Assembly (NCBI GenBank): GCA_965202585.1
Contig: OZ241831.1
Coordinates: forward strand, 46,996,001-47,060,000
DNA length: 64,000 nucleotides
Direction of reading: 5' to 3'
From: Thalia democratica
Taxonomy: Eukaryota
A model generated the notes under the pieces. That model did not search any database. It was not told where the DNA came from and was given only the letters and a program-made list of their open reading frames with translations. A program made the translations under genes and the position numbers. Shown here one piece after another: positions 38,773 through 50,963 of the stretch. Position 1 is the first letter of the stretch. Every line of letters starts with the position of its first letter.

Positions 38773-39510
38773 TAACCGTTTGTTTACTTGATAAAATGTT
38801 TACCTTAAAAAACAATATATTAGAAAAAATAATTTGCTGCTGAAACAAGTTAATTTAATTCTTTATATAATTTTTGTATTATTATCTTATTTAGATTTAA
38901 GTTTCGTTTCAAAATAGTTATTTTTATTCAGGGATTAAACTATCTCTTTTAAGATAAAAAGTTTGTAAGATACAGCTTGTTATTAATAAAAGTTTTTATA
39001 ATTACTTTAAGTATTGTTTGGGAAAAGTTTTTATTCTTATTTGTATTTCGCCGATAGCAGTAACTATTTATTAACAATAACTAACATCAAACAGTTCCTT
39101 ACTAAGATAGTTTTAATTTAGTTTAAAGTTTATATTGGTAAAGTGTTTGTTTTTATATTCATTTCATTTGGATTTACTTTTACTTACAAAAATACTATTA
39201 CAATGTAAAAATCGCCTAGCTTTTAAAATTTTAGTTTTATACACAGTTTTGAACTACTACGTCATAATATATATTTTAACTTTTATTTATTTTTTTGTTG
39301 CATGAATGTGTTTAGTTCTACTAGTTTTAAATTTTCACTGATGAAGGACGGTTGTCCGAAATTAATTTGAAGAAAACGTGCAATAAACTGGTAGATTTTT
39401 AAACCATCGTTAATTTATTTTTTGTATTTACTGATGCAGGGGAAAAAAATCACCAATAAAAACAATTGACTTGTGTCCTGGACCGATTTGCGAATTATTT
39501 ATAAATCTTT
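38773..39510 (+). repeat. PLE 3' terminal repeat (pLTR)
   Basis: Source of both the inverted and the direct 5' copies. Confidence 0.9.
39332..39373 (+). ncRNA. Hammerhead ribozyme (type I, minimal), 3' copy
   Basis: Identical to 35627-35668 and 3705 bp downstream. Predicted cleavage after 39367. Confidence 0.85.
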
Positions 39511-42500
39511 TTATTTAGTTATCATGACAAACCTAAAATTTCTTTCTTCGGAAAACTCAACACTGAAATTTTTTTGAATTTATGTTTATTGTGACATTCT
39601 AGTCAATAGTTTGTTCTTTTATTATATTTTTTCATCTAATTATTTAATGCTTGTATGTGTTTCTGTACAAACTTTTTTTTAATAAATTTAGAATGAGACT
39701 GGGCTTTTGAAAGTATACAAAACAAAAATTGAACATCCAAATATGTTTTGAAATCAGGAAGAGTTGCAAAGCAGTTAAAAAAGAACAAGAGTACCACCAC
39801 AAAATAAATTAAAAAATACTTAAAAAAACATCATTTGATGTAATTTTGTTCTATAGATGTTACATAAAAATACATCATGAATATGTCTAGTTATTTTTCA
39901 TTTAGCAAGTTGCTAGTCGCTATACTGAATTAAAAAAAAATTGGAATGAAAACTATTTTGTTAAAATGTCTTAGTAAATGTGAAACTAAAAATGATATAA
40001 ATAACAATTTAATCATCAAACTTTACTAACTTTTAAGTGTTTTTAGTTTAAGAACTTTGTTTTAATCAGAAATGAAAAAGTTATTAATAACTAAAATAAA
40101 ACAAAGTACCCGTACGAGTTTATTTGCAAAACAATTGGATCACATCTGAAGAACTAAGGTACACGAAAGACATTAGAACCTGATAATGTGCAGTTGATTT
40201 TAAAATCTCGTTTGTTTAAAAAAACTAAATTTCGTAGAAAAAACACAGTTGATCAGAACCACTTGTTATGCAGCGAACCCAAAAACTAATTCCACTAAAT
40301 GGTAACTACAAACTACTATTAACACTAGTTGGGAAAGACCCGATACCCAACGTAAAAAATATGGTGATTTACTAGTTTAGCTGCTATTGTATGCAAGCTA
40401 TATCAAGTAAATGTTTTGAACATAAACGAAGATGCTCGAGAAAATTTTGTTCGAAGGACCTTGGCGTGAAAATAGACTTCTCGGTCATCGAATCGCACAC
40501 CTTAAATAGAAACTATGTTAAGCTAAAAATTGAAAAACTTTACTGTTAAAATTTAAACTCTGAAGAAATAACTCTTATTGTAAAGAACTTCAAACGTTTT
40601 AAGAAACTAAACTCACTGAGACGTTTAATTTATTAATATTTTTACATAAGTAAAAAGTTATAACTGAAAATTGACCAAAAAGAAGTCATGTAAACATTTA
40701 ACAATTTCTGAAAAATAAAACAAAACAGCTAAAATATGAATCTCAACAGATAAAAACTATGTGCTTAAGAAAAACAAATACTAAAATATACATAAATATT
40801 TTTTTCTAAACTGTATATTTTACAGCTGTGATGTAATAAGTATAAATTAAGAAATATCTATTGCGAAAAAAAAAAGAGTACCGACATTAAAGTGTTTATT
40901 AAATTATTTATATTGATTGATAACAAAATTAGACTGAAACATTAAAACTATGGTTTTAATCTGAAATTACTTCTATCCAACTGTTTAATAACTTAAAATT
41001 AGTTAAAAACAAAATAATCTTTAATTACTAAACAAAAACTATAAAAACAGTTTATAAATATTCTTTTTAAATGCTATTAAAATTTTATATTCATTATTTT
41101 CTTCTACCACTACATTTATTATTTGTGTGACTATAGACATGCATTCATTTGTTATTTATATATTGTATAGTCTAAAACGCATGTATGTCTACAGTTGCCT
41201 GAGTTTAAAACATAATTTGCCTTTTTAGCAAGGAGGACCAAGCATATTATCATGACTAACTTCCTAAAAAAGCAATAATTTTTGATATAGTTACTGTTTT
41301 TCATTTTAATTATTACAACTTAGTCCTGGACAAGATGTTAAACTGTATCTAGGTGGTATAACGACTTGATAACTAGAATGTTTTTTCCTACACCCGCTGC
41401 CGGTACTAGGACCAATTAATTTGAGCGCTTTTTTTTGTCATTTAATAAGCAATACTAGTTGATACTATTGTATTACTTTCATTCGTGACTTTTTTTTTAA
41501 CTTGAATATAAACTAACATTTTACAGTTAAATGAAAAAAGAGTTGTATGCCTTCATAAGTTTAGCTTTTTTTATAGAAAGCGGAAAAATGTAAAAAAGCT
41601 ATCATTCTTACTAAACTTACTAAATTGTGCAAAACTGCAAAGTAATTTATATCAAATTTTGTAGCTTTAGGTTTAGGAACTTGTTTTAATTTTTAAACTA
41701 CGAAAAAAGTACATATATTGAAACTGCAAAAGTCTTAGTTTGATAATTTAAACAATAATCTAGCTGTTTATATTAAGACAGTTTGGTTGTTAGTTTTTGT
41801 TTTATACTTAAAAATGAAATAGAAAAATTTTAATTTTCATTGAAAAGTTGCTGTGCTTAACTGATATGAATTATTAAACATATGTTTTTAAAGTTTTAAA
41901 TTTTTTAAGATGTTTTATCGTCGTAGCAATAAATAATAATTTAAATACATGTAAGGGACGTGTGCTGCCTTACCAGTGGTATTGAAAAATATTTTATATG
42001 TAGAGAAATTTAAACCTATAAGTCTTATTTCATAAAATCCATGATTACAATAAGTAAAATTTTATTAAAGTAGTTATGTGTTATGTAATATGTTATTGAT
42101 AAATTTTAGAATCAAAAACTTTTCAGATAGAAACTTTACCTTTTGACGTATAGTTTAATATATATTTTATGTGTATATAATGTTCGATATGTGTGTGTAA
42201 AACAATTATTTTAATATTTTGGGTATTTTGTTTTCAGAAAAATTTTAATGTTGTAAAGTTTAATAGTCTCATTTTCACAGAGTTTTTCGTTTTAGAGTTT
42301 AAATTTTGACTGTAAAGTTTTTTTTTTATTTGTAGCTTTTTATAACTTTGATTAAGTTAGGTATGCAACTCGATGACCGAGAGGTCTTTTTGCGTATCCA
42401 GGTCCTTTAACTAAAAAATTTTGATCATGTTTTTGTTTATGTTCAATTAACCACTTATATACGTTGCAGCATTTAGTGTAGTATTCGCCAGGTATTCGCC

Positions 42501-42694
42501 AAGTATTCGAAATTTTTTTAAAAAGATAATTTATCATATAAAAGTTAAGTATATACCAAAAAAAAAGTACCTTCTTTTTCTGGATGGTCAGAAGTTTTAG
42601 AAAACAGTTTTTATTTTTAAGTATATAAGTTTTAAATTATCTTAAATTACGTCTCAATAGTAGTTTTTTTTTCTATATTTGATATCCTGAAAAA

Positions 42695-43250
42695 ACTTTG
42701 TTTTGGATAATTCTCCTTTAAAGAGTCGAAGTTAGTCTTTAAAAGAGGTATTGGCGTCTTCCTTAAGGTCTGTAGTTTTGCAATTCAGTCTTTGATTTTT
42801 AATTTTTGACGTGTTTTTTTTTTTCAAAAATGACGTCACAAAGAAAAAAAAAACAATTGCTATAATCAAAAAGTTTCGGAGAATTCTCATATAAAGAGAC
42901 AAAAATGGTCTTTAAAATTAAATGGGCGTCTTTCCTAAGGTATGTAGTTTTGCAATTCAGTCTTTGATTTTTAGTTTTTGACGTATCTTGTTCAAAAATT
43001 ACGTAACAAAAAAAAGTTATTTTTCGTCGTTAAAAAAATGGTTTCGGAGAGTTCCCCTATAAAAAGTCACAAATGGTCTTTAAAAATGGAATTGGCGTCT
43101 TCACCAAGGTCTGTAGTTTTGCAATTCAGTCTTTGATTTTTAATTTTTGACGTGTTTTTTTTCAAAAAAGACGTCATAAAAAAAAGTCATTTTTCTCCCT
43201 AAAAAACTTGTTTCGGAGAATAATCTTATAAATAGGCAATATTGTTAATT
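42695..43250 (-). repeat. Left-arm tandem array, ~170-bp unit (about 3 units, decaying on to ~43800)
   Basis: gcaattcagtc ends at 42790, 42962 and 43131. Confidence 0.85.
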
Positions 43251-44959
43251 TAAAATAGTATGGGGCATTTGCATCTATTCAAAAATTTTATTTTTGAATT
43301 TTTTTTGACTTTCTATTTTTTTAAAATTAATTCATGTAAAAGTAATAGTTTTTAAAACATTTCCTTAAAGTATTTCCTAATAATGAAGATAAAGTAATAA
43401 AAAAACTTAAAAATCTTTCTCAAGTTTTGTAGTTTTGCAAATCAGTTTCCGATTGTTTTAAAAACGTTTAAAAAATGACGTCACAATAAAATCATTTTTT
43501 GCTTTAAAAAACTTGTTTCGAACATTTCTCCTAAAAATATTAAAATTAATTATTCAGAATAGAATAGGCTCCTTCTTCAAGATTTCTATTTTTGAAAATT
43601 GACTTTTGTTTATCGATTCTATTACAATTAAGTCATTGAAGAATAATCTTTTTTTAATTATTTCTTAAGTGTATTACCTCATAAGGAATATTAAGTGATA
43701 AGAAAAGACTAAGAGTCTTTATCAAGTTTTGTAATTTTGCAAATCAGTTTTTGATTGTTTTAAAGACGTTTTAGATTTAAAAAATTTAAATTTATTTCTT
43801 AAAAAAAGTATTTCCGTCCTCTTTTAGCTCAATAGTTTTTCAAACTAATCTTTAAGTTTTAAATTAGTTTGTTCAACCTAAATTGATTATAAATATAATT
43901 TTTAAGCCAATCTAATATAAAATGACTTATAAAGTTTTTTACATTGAATAATTTTTAATGGTTAAATAACAATTCCCAAAAAGATTGTTAAAGTTTTAAT
44001 TCTTTATATAATTTTTAATAATATTAATTTACTCTATTCAATAAAATAAAGTTTAATTACAAAAATTTTCAAAAAAAAGTAGAAACGGCACATAAAAAAA
44101 CATAACACTAGTTATAAAAACAAGTTAATTAAATATGTATTTGTCAAAGTTAAAATAGTTTTCAAAACACTAGTACAATAAGTAATAAAATTTAAAATTA
44201 GTTTTAAAATAAAAGTATAGTTAATAGAGTAACTGACTAATTTAACAATTCAGATTAAAGTTAACTAAAACAAGTTACTTGGTTTTTGTAAATAGCTATT
44301 AACTGATAATCGCTTGAAAAGATAATTATAGTTTGTAAAACAAACTAGATAAATTGTGGTGTAATTTGTATTAAAACTTTCAGTAATCAAAACTTTTTAC
44401 AAACAACTTTTTGATTATCATGTTTTTTTTTATGCAACATTAAAATAAAAAGTATAGTTTTCCTTTTTTTGTTGTTCTTTAAAAACGATAAAAATAAAAA
44501 CTATAATGTCAGAGGAATTTTTACTGACGATGCTATATTTATATGTTCATTTTTTTTTTTTTGAAAATTTATTGTTAAATAACTTGTGTAATTAATCAGC
44601 GATAAGTTATAAAAGTTTTTTTAAATTTTATATCACTATAGCCTTCTTATACTATCAAAACTTTTACATTTCTGCTTTGAATACAAAAACATGTTTTTTA
44701 AAGTCCATAGTTTTACGATTCTTCTTTATACTAACTCTAACTAAACTTTGTGTAAACATTTTTTGTAAACAATCTAAACTTTCTTTATTAAATTGAATTT
44801 ATAAGTATTTTAAATTCTAAAAGTATATTTTTAGCAACATTATGCTTTTTATATAATAATAATACTTGTTAGAAAATTTGATTTTAAATTATGTTAAGTG
44901 TACTACTTAGACAAATTAAGTTTGATCAATTTTGTTAATTCATACAGTTTGTTTTATTA

Positions 44960-45390
44960 AAATGTGACCAGGCTTGCATTGATTTTAACTAGTGTATTAG
45001 TTAGATTCAAGTTAGCTTTTGTATATTAGTTTAGATACAGTTTTTATCAATGATTATTAATACAGTTTTTTTTTATTAATTACGTAAACAAGTGTGCCTT
45101 TTTTATTTATTAGTTTTTAAATACAATCTAGAAATGTGAACAGGTTTGCCTTGTTTTAGTTATAAAAACAATAAATTACAGTTGATTTTTGTGTATAAGT
45201 GTAGATATTTTTTTGCTGAAGATTGCTTTTTATTATTAAAAATGTGAACAGGTTTGCCTTGTTTTAGTTATAAAAAATAAATTACAGTTGATTTTTGTGT
45301 ATAAGAGTAAATATTTTTTTAATGAAGATTGTTTTTCATCATTTAAAATGTAAACTAGAGTGCCTTGTTTTTTAATTAGTGTGATAGTTT
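44960..45390. repeat. Tandem repeat, ~107-bp unit, in the centre of the foldback element
   Basis: aatgtgaacaggtttgccttgttttagttataaaaa occurs at ~45133 and ~45241, with degenerate neighbours. Confidence 0.75.
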
Positions 45391-46269
45391 ATTTACATTC
45401 AGATATATATATAATTTTGACACTAAAACATTTTTTAAATGTGAAGAAAGTGTCAGCTTTTTCGTTTTGGAATTCTTTACTTTTCGTTGCATTATAGTAG
45501 AGTGTTAATTTTTTTTAATTAGCTGCTATTAAAGTTATGCTTTTTTTTGTATATGTTTAAATATATTAAGAAGAACTTTATTTTTTATTTTATTAGGTCG
45601 TTAAAATTTATTTTATTTTTGAACAAAGAAGTAGATTTTTGGTGTTTTTTTATGGTCATGTTTATAAAAGATCAAACATATCAAAAAATTCTACTGTAGT
45701 AGTTAATTTTTACAGAGTTTTATGTTGAAGGGGTGAAATTCTCAATCAAAAATTCCTTCTTGTATTATTTTTTCAATTTTTGATGTTATTATTTACTTCT
45801 GAAAACAAATTAAGTGTCTTAAAATAAAAGTTACTGTTTAAAGCAGTTCTTTATTAATTGCTTTAAAAGTTTCTTTACATTTTAAGTCAACTTTATATCT
45901 ACAAAAAGTTATCACTGATGTTTATTTTTCTCTTTATTTTTACTAAACTATAGCTACTTAAATTTTGTATATTTTAAAATTCATTGATTTTTAAATGCTA
46001 AACTTTGATTGATTTTAATAGTTAAGTAAAACAAACCAATTTCCAACTAACTTATTTTTATAAAATGCTTTTAAAAGCTTAGTTTTTTAATTTATTATAA
46101 AGCCGGATGGTAGTAAACTATTTGTAACATGTATTTTAATTTTTTTTATCTACGAAAAAAAGTACTTAAGAACAAAAAGAATATACATACTATATGAACA
46201 ACAATATTGTGTATTGTAACAACAATTGATAACTTTATAGGTTTCAGAAACATTTATTTATTTCAACTT

Positions 46270-47175
46270 GCTTAGACGAAGACGCTAATACCTCTTTTAA
46301 AGACCAGCTTTGACTCTTTATATGAGAATTGTCCGAATATATTTTTTATGACAAATTTTTTTTTTGTGACGTTATTTTTGAAAAAAAAAACGTCAAAAAT
46401 TAAAAATCAAAGACTGAATTGCAAAACTACAGAACTTGGGAAAGACGCGCATACCATTTTTAAATACCAACTTTGAATCTTTATGTAAGAATTCTCCGAA
46501 ACTATCTTTTTATGACGAAAAATGACTTTTTTTTTGTGACGTCTTTTTTGAAAAAAAAAACGTCAAAAAATAAAAATCTAAGACTGAATTGCAAAACTGC
46601 AGAACTTGGGAAAGACGCCCATACCATTTTTAAAGACCATTTTTGACTCTTTATGTAAGAATTCTCCAACTATTTTTTTATGACGAAAAATGACTTTTTA
46701 TTTGTGACGTCATTTTTGAAAAAAAAAACGTCAAAAATTAAAAATTAAAGACTGAATTGCAAAACTACAGACCTTAAGGAAGACGCTAATACCTCTTTTA
46801 AAGACTAACTTTGACTCTTTATACGAGAATTCTCCGAAACTATTTTTTTTTAAGACGAAAAATGACTTTTTTTTGTGAAGTCATTTTTGAAAAAAAAACG
46901 TCAAAAATTAAAAATCAAAGACTTAATTGCAAAACTGCAGATCTTAGGAAAGACGCCCATACCATTTTTAAAGACCAACTTTGACTCTTTATTTAAGAAT
47001 TCTCCGAAACTATTTTTTATGACGAATTTTTTTTTTTGTGACGTCATTTTTGAAAAAAAATACGTCAAAAAATAAAAATCAAAGACTGAATTGCAAAACT
47101 ACAGACCTTAGGGAAGACGCCCATACCATTTTTTTAGACCAACTTTGACTCTTTATATGAGAATTCTCCGAAACA
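46270..47175 (+). repeat. Right-arm tandem array, 164-170-bp unit (about 5 units)
   Basis: The gactgaattgcaaaact motif starts at 46412, 46582, 46750, 46920 and 47084. Confidence 0.9.
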
Positions 47176-47969
47176 AAATTACATCGAATACTTGGCGAAT
47201 ACTACACTAAATGCTGCAACGGCACTTATGTGAGTTGTGAATGCCTGTTGTTTTGCAACTAGTTTTTTATGTTTAAGGGAACTATTGTTGAATAGTGAAT
47301 GTACATACAAAAATTCTAGTGCATAGTCATGCACTTTTATAGTAAACATACTCAAGAAAAGTGATAGTATTTTGGAAATTTCTATTCTGAAAAATATATA
47401 ATTATCCAAAGGAGATTGTATTATAAAAAAACAAATTAGTAAGTATTTTTTTGACCTTTCAGATTTTTTTTGTTTTGCATAGCAATTGTTAACTTGTTTA
47501 TATTTTATAAGTCCTGGACAAGGCATTAAACTGTATCTGTGTAGTATGACTTGATAACCAAAAGAATTTTTGTGCTCCAAGTTATTAGACCTAACTTTCT
47601 GGGCACTAATTTTTTTCTTTAATGAACAAATATTGTATAGAAAAAATATAAATTACTTCCTTGTGGTTAAAATTTACCTGAAAGATTAAAAAGCTTACTT
47701 TAAAATTTTTAAAAGAGAGTAACATAAGTTTATACTTGTTTTAAGTTTTTGTGGTCAATGTTTGCATCTAATGTTTATTTAAAACATAAAACTCTTTGTA
47801 CAATTACTATCATAAGTATAATTCACATAAACATTTAGCTTGTAGTTCAAACTTTTTTTGACTGGTAATTTAGTTTTATTATTTATGTATAAATATTAAC
47901 AAGGTTTTATTTAATGGTTATGCCATTTCAAGATTTAACCAGCTGTCATTTTAACTATTAATTCATATC

Positions 47970-48361
47970 CAAGATTGCAAAAAAAAACCTAGAATCCTGG
48001 AAAACCTGGATTTTGACAATTTAGACTAAAAAACTGGAATTTGAGAACTTTTTTGTAACCTGGAATTTAAATTAAAAATCACTAAAAAACATAAAAATAC
48101 CTGGGATTTTAAACAAATATCACATGTTAAGTAGTAAAATTTTGATTTAACATAATAAATCTATTGTAGAGATATAAATTTATTGTCACCATTAAATTTT
48201 TTTTTATTAAAAAACACACTCAAAATAGCGTTAAGATATCTTTTTAATGTTTATTTTACACAGTTTTATACCCTAAATTCAATTTAAAACTAAAAATAGA
48301 CCCTAAAACGTGTTATTTTAAATACCTGGAAGAAATTTGCCAAAAACATTTGGAAACCCTG
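47970..48361 (+). mobile_element. MITE of the CAGGGTTGCCA family
   Basis: caagattgca...aacctagaatcctggaaaacctgg ... tggaaaccctg. Confidence 0.7.
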
Positions 48362-49648
48362 CATTTCTATCTTAATTGATTTTTTTTCTACTTGGTTATT
48401 ATTTAATAGTCTTTTTTTATTAAAGTTATAAAACTTTTATAAAATTATTTTTATTGTCAAATTCTAACCTTACAAGCTATATTTAAATGTTATTTAATTC
48501 AAAAACTATTGCTAAAAAATTAATAATAAATATAAACCTATGCCAAAAAGTCACTTTTGTTTTTTTTTAGTTATAAGTCTGAACCAAATGTATGAACCAA
48601 GTAAGTTAAGAAGATTGAGTTTTTCACATGAATAAACTTATTTTGAAAATAACTTACAAATTTTGTGTACAGTATTGTCAAAAAATAAGGACAACTTAGG
48701 CTAGTTTGAAAATTTCAAACTAATTTTGTGAATTATAATGTTTTTTTGGTAAAATTTCATTAAATATTGGATGTTTTTTTAAATATTTTGGTGTTTTTAA
48801 GTATTTAGGCTTGATTTAGTTAGTTTTTCAGTTTTTGGCTCATACTATTTTTCCTATTTTCAAATAAATTCCAGCTGGCCTTTTTAACTTGAAGAGTGGC
48901 AACTCTCTTACCAGGGTTATTAGATTTCTTTCAGAAAGTTTGATACACTTAAATATAAAATAAAAAAATGTTTCTTTAGCATTCAGTATTGTTTGTTTCT
49001 GGAATTCTGGCAACCCTGCTGTTTACAACAGAAAAACAATGAACACATCATATTTTAACAAAAATATAATAACTTTTTTATTTGTCAAAGCTTTGCTATT
49101 GAAAATACTTTTCATACTAAAACAACATTGTCATTGAAAGTTCAAGAGATAGCTTAGTTTATTATAAAAACACATAAGCAGTCAAAACCTAAACAAACGT
49201 AAAATTGAATTTTTTAAAAGATTAAGGATATACTTAAGCCCTATTTGTGTAAAAATTTTGAAATAAAACTGAGAAAAATTCTGTGAAACTGTTAATATTC
49301 AGCAATTACACATTTTAAAAATTTTAATTATTTAAATCCCCTCAAATGTGTTCTCTAGTTAGCATAAAAAAAAGTCATGTTGTTACAGGGTTACTTTTAA
49401 ACAGGAAAGCACTTTAAAAAATCCAAAAAAAGTCAAGAAACATTTGATAAAGTTTTGAAAATTTTGAAAAGCATAAATTATCATTGAATTCAGGGAAGCT
49501 ATTTTAACTAGAAATGCCTGGAAAAAAGTTATACTAGCTTATTTTAAACTGATTGGTTTTAAAGCTCTTCTAACAAACTTAAACTATTTAGGCTAAGTTT
49601 ATGAATCAGAGGAGTTTTTATTGTTAAGGTTAGAACTTTTATAATTTA

Positions 49649-49977
49649 CAGGGTTTCCACTTTACCTGGAATCCTGGAAAAACCTGGATTTTGACAATTA
49701 ACGCAAAAAAAAGGCTGGAAAAACCTGGAATTTTAACAATTTTCACATTTTCAGTTGTGAAATTTCAATTTGTCTATCAAATAAATAAAAAAATTTTGTC
49801 ATCATAGTTTTTTTTATTATTAAAGTATCTTGTAAATGTTTTTATACTATTTAAAACAGTTTCTTACTTTTAACTTAACTTTAAACTAAAAATAGACCCA
49901 AAAATGTGTACCTTAAAAAACCTGGAAGAAATAAGAAAACCTAGAAAAAATTTGAAAAAAAACAAGTGGCAACCCTG
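49649..49977 (+). mobile_element. MITE of the CAGGGTTGCCA family
   Basis: cagggtttccac ... gtggcaaccctg (11/12 TIR). Confidence 0.8.
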
Positions 49978-50963
49978 AATTTATAAATTTATGTTGCAAC
50001 TGCATTATTTGAATACATTTATGTTAAATTGTAATTGTAGATAAGTTTAAAAGATAATAATTTGTACAATGTACAGTTTTGATGATTAGTAATAATTTGA
50101 TCCAATTTAAATTCAATTTATTATCTTTTCTTATTCAATATACAAGGTCATTGTTGTACTACGGTAAAATTTAATCAAAAAATCATATTTACTTATGGTT
50201 ATTATCTATTTTTAAATTAAAGTTTTTGTTTTTATTTAATAATCATTTTAAAGCTTTGTTTTAAACTTAGTTAATAATTGCATTTTGTCTGTGTATGCTT
50301 CTAGAAAAGTTTAGAAATGCCTAGTTAGTGCTTTAATAACATCTTAAGCTCCATTTAATGTATAAATTTGATAAAGCTTTTAGTTATTTGTGTAAAAATC
50401 AAATAACTTCCGTAACTCAAATTGGTTTCAAGCAAGTTGACAAAGAAATAGACTTTTAGAATAACTAAAATTCCAAAATTAAAAGATATACTTGTAAAAA
50501 AATCTTGAACTTAAATAAAAAATATATTATAAAATTTACAATTTGATTAAATTATAGTTTTCTAATGTTAAAAAGTTTTTTAATAGGAGTCACAAAGTTT
50601 TAAATATGTTGATGTATTTAACTTTAAAATAAGCTCTGAACAAATTCTAAAACTAAAACAACTACTAATTGGTGGTACAGATATAAATACAAAGCTTAAC
50701 AAGTACAACCAGACAGTAATTGAAAATTTTCAACAATAGTAGTAGTATGTTTAAATTAGTTTTCTATGAAATGTACAGTTAAACAGTGTACTTGTTAACT
50801 GTAATTTATAGTTATTTAAATAATTTTTTATGACATTAATAAGAGACCTGGAGTTCAATTCTAGTTGTTAAATTTGAATGAAAATAGTTTACATTTAAAA
50901 CCCATGTGTTTCAAAATAACTTGTATTTTAGATTTGTTATAAGTTAGTTATATAAGATTGAAA

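Larger units (their letters stand above)
34948..39510 (+). mobile_element. Complete Penelope-like retroelement (PLE) with inverted and direct terminal repeats (pLTRs)
   Basis: RT+GIY-YIG ORF. 34948-35601 is the reverse complement of 38773-39426 (654 bp) and 35601-35805 equals 39306-39510 (205 bp). TSD ctttttatttagtta at 34935-34949 and 39507-39521, overlapping the ends by microhomology. Confidence 0.95.
42461..47222. mobile_element. Foldback (FB/MULE-like) non-autonomous element with long modular inverted arms
   Basis: Terminal cgttgcagcatttagtgtagtattcgcca mirrors tggcgaatactacactaaatgctgcaacg. The ~170-bp tandem arrays lie in opposite orientation in the two arms. 9-bp TSD cacttatat / cacttatgt (8/9). 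No transposase ORF. Confidence 0.8.

Noticed and set aside
40290-40360. WW-domain-like TSWERP
   Set aside because: The rest of the WW motif is absent or in other frames with stops.
42352-42537. 61-aa minus-strand ORF (…KGPGYAKRPLGHRVAY…)
   Set aside because: It spans the foldback insertion junction, and the homologous copies at 14300 and 40420 do not keep this frame.
46270-47175. Regular array as a CRISPR locus
   Set aside because: Whole ~170-bp units repeat with no unique spacers, there are no cas genes, and the context is eukaryotic.
46875-47580. ORFs 46875-47075 (+) and 47179-47580 (-)
   Set aside because: They run through tandem repeat and the foldback terminus, with low-complexity products and no motifs.
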